A stretch of DNA of 24,000 nucleotides from Inediibacterium massiliense (GTDB taxonomy: Bacteria > Bacillota > Clostridia > Peptostreptococcales > Thermotaleaceae), in NCBI RefSeq assembly GCF_001282725.1, contig NZ_LN876586.1:97464-121463 (forward strand), written 5' to 3'. Positions within the stretch are counted from its first letter, which is position 1. Every line of letters starts with the position of its first letter. Below the pieces are notes generated by a model. That model did no database searches and was not told the DNA's origin. It saw nothing but the letters and a program-made list of their open reading frames with translations. This document shows positions 22,666 to 24,000 of this stretch, piece after piece. A program made the position numbers and the translations under genes.

Positions 22666-24000
22666 TTGAGAAGAAAAGGACTCTTAAAAGTTATATTTTC
22701 AGTAGTATTCATTGTTATGGTTGCTGTAAGTGGCATGAATTTGTTTCAACAAGATGAAGTTTGTGAAAATGTAGTAGAAGCTACGTTACAAGATTCACCT
22801 AAATATGTTTTTTATTTTATAGGGGATGGGTTAGGAGCAGGACAAAGGCAGATGGCACAATATTATTTGCAGCAGTTTAAAAACAATAAAGAAGAAAAAT
22901 TATTAATTAATAATTTGCCTATATCAGGGATTAATACAACTCATGCTAAGGATACTTTAGTTACAGATTCAGCGGCAGCAGGAACTGCATTAGCTACAGG
23001 ACATAAAACAAATAATGGAATCATTTCAATGCTTCCAGATGGAAAAAAAGTAAAGACTCTGATAGAGGCTGCCGAAGAAAAGAAAATGGCTACAGGAATT
23101 ATTACAACGACTCGATTAACCCATGCAACGCCAGCAGTTTTTGCATCTCATAATGTACATAGAGATAATGAAAATGAAATTGCAGAGGAATATGTAAAAA
23201 GTGGAGTGGACTTCTTTGCAGGTGGAGGAGCAAGACATTTTATTCCTAAAAGTGGATGGTTAGACGGAGAGGTAAACATTCAATCAAAAAGAAAAGATGA
23301 TAAAAATCTGGTAGACGAATTTAAAAAATTAGGATATCAAACTTTCTTAGGAAAAACATCAACCAATGGATTTAGGAATATGGTTGTAGATGGTAAAGAA
23401 AAAGTATTTGCTGTTTTTCAAGAATCTCATATGCCTTATGAGGTAGACAGATCACATAAAAAAGATACTCCTAGTTTAGCAGAAATGACGAAAAAGGGTA
23501 TTGAAGTATTATCAAAATATGATCAAGGTTTTTTTATGATGGTAGAAGGTGGAAGGATCGACCATGCCTGTCATGCAAATGATGCAAAGAGTGCAATTGA
23601 GGATACATTAGCTTTTGATGAAGCAGTTCAACAGGCATATGAATTTTATAAAGTTCACCCAGAAGAGACCCTAATAGTAGTTGTAGGAGATCATGAAACA
23701 GGAGGTATGGGATTAGGATTTGGTAATAACTATTTTTTAAATATGAATCATTTAGATCATGTAAAAATTTCTGTAGAGGATGTTTTACAAGGAAAATATA
23801 CAGGAAATCGTGAAGAATATTTTGGTTACATCGCTGAAAATTTTGGCCTAAAAAATTTAACAGTTGAAGAAAAATCTAAAATAGAAAAAGCAATGAATAT
23901 GGTAGATCAAAAAATAAAGACCGATTCTAATGCGTATGGAGGATATGATCCAGTTGCAATTGAAGCCACTCATATTCTTTCAGAAAGAGTAAATATGCAG
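22666..24000 (+). CDS. Alkaline phosphatase, PhoA family (N-terminal 445 codons; continues past the window end)
   Basis: Not in the track because there is no stop in the window. The TTG at 22666 lies 8 nt after AAAGGAGG. It has a signal or anchor segment RRKGLLKVIFSVVFIVMVAVSG. Motifs are FIGDGLGAGQ, the catalytic-serine motif VTDSAAAGTALATGHKT, TRLTHATPAVFASH, EGGRIDHACHAND and VVVGDHETGG. I translated it without stops to nt 24000. Confidence 0.9.
   Translation, partial: MRRKGLLKVIFSVVFIVMVAVSGMNLFQQDEVCENVVEATLQDSPKYVFYFIGDGLGAGQRQMAQYYLQQFKNNKEEKLLINNLPISGINTTHAKDTLVTDSAAAGTALATGHKTNNGIISMLPDGKKVKTLIEAAEEKKMATGIITTTRLTHATPAVFASHNVHRDNENEIAEEYVKSGVDFFAGGGARHFIPKSGWLDGEVNIQSKRKDDKNLVDEFKKLGYQTFLGKTSTNGFRNMVVDGKEKVFAVFQESHMPYEVDRSHKKDTPSLAEMTKKGIEVLSKYDQGFFMMVEGGRIDHACHANDAKSAIEDTLAFDEAVQQAYEFYKVHPEETLIVVVGDHETGGMGLGFGNNYFLNMNHLDHVKISVEDVLQGKYTGNREEYFGYIAENFGLKNLTVEEKSKIEKAMNMVDQKIKTDSNAYGGYDPVAIEATHILSERVNMQ

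Noticed and set aside
22533-22736. A 67-aa minus-strand ORF spanning the ade terminator and the start of the alkaline phosphatase gene.
   Set aside because: It overlaps a strong plus-strand terminator and the RBS and signal-peptide region of the well-supported phosphatase gene. It has no RBS and no motifs.

Overview
This is a low-GC, Firmicutes/Clostridia-style chromosomal segment with short intergenic regions, GGAGG-type ribosome-binding sites and many hairpin terminators. Gene order from left to right:
- a BceAB/MacB-like ABC exporter on the minus strand, partial at the window start
- a PD40-like lipoprotein
- an OmpR-type response regulator with its histidine kinase
- an ECF sigma factor with a membrane anti-sigma factor
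- an agr-type quorum-sensing locus: agrB and an unlisted 45-codon agrD on plus, converging on an agrC-like kinase and a receiver-less agrA-like LytTR ORF on minus
- a Y1/HUH transposase-like gene fused to a DnaA-C-like HTH domain
- a 133-bp tandem repeat array
- a small siroheme/4Fe-4S sulfite-reductase-like gene and two small unknown ORFs
- a TAXI-type TRAP transporter (binding protein, DUF1850, fused permease)
- tadA followed 2 nt later by tRNA-Ser(CGA)
- two small membrane proteins, a universal stress protein and an unlisted Spo0E-like ORF
- a purine-base permease plus adenine deaminase operon
- the 5' part of a PhoA-type alkaline phosphatase, running off the window end

The part most worth follow-up is 7.4-11.1 kb. 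The array at 10945-11077, read on the minus strand, holds nine AgrA/LytTR-type operator boxes. Six are perfect ACAGTTAGG. They sit in duplicated promoter-like modules, and a diverged copy of that module lies upstream of agrB. The agrA-like ORF lacks both its receiver domain and a ribosome-binding site, and the Y1-transposase-like gene sits between it and the box array. No CRISPR array, rRNA or recognisable defence genes were seen. All calls come from reading the sequence and ORF translations; no database search was run.
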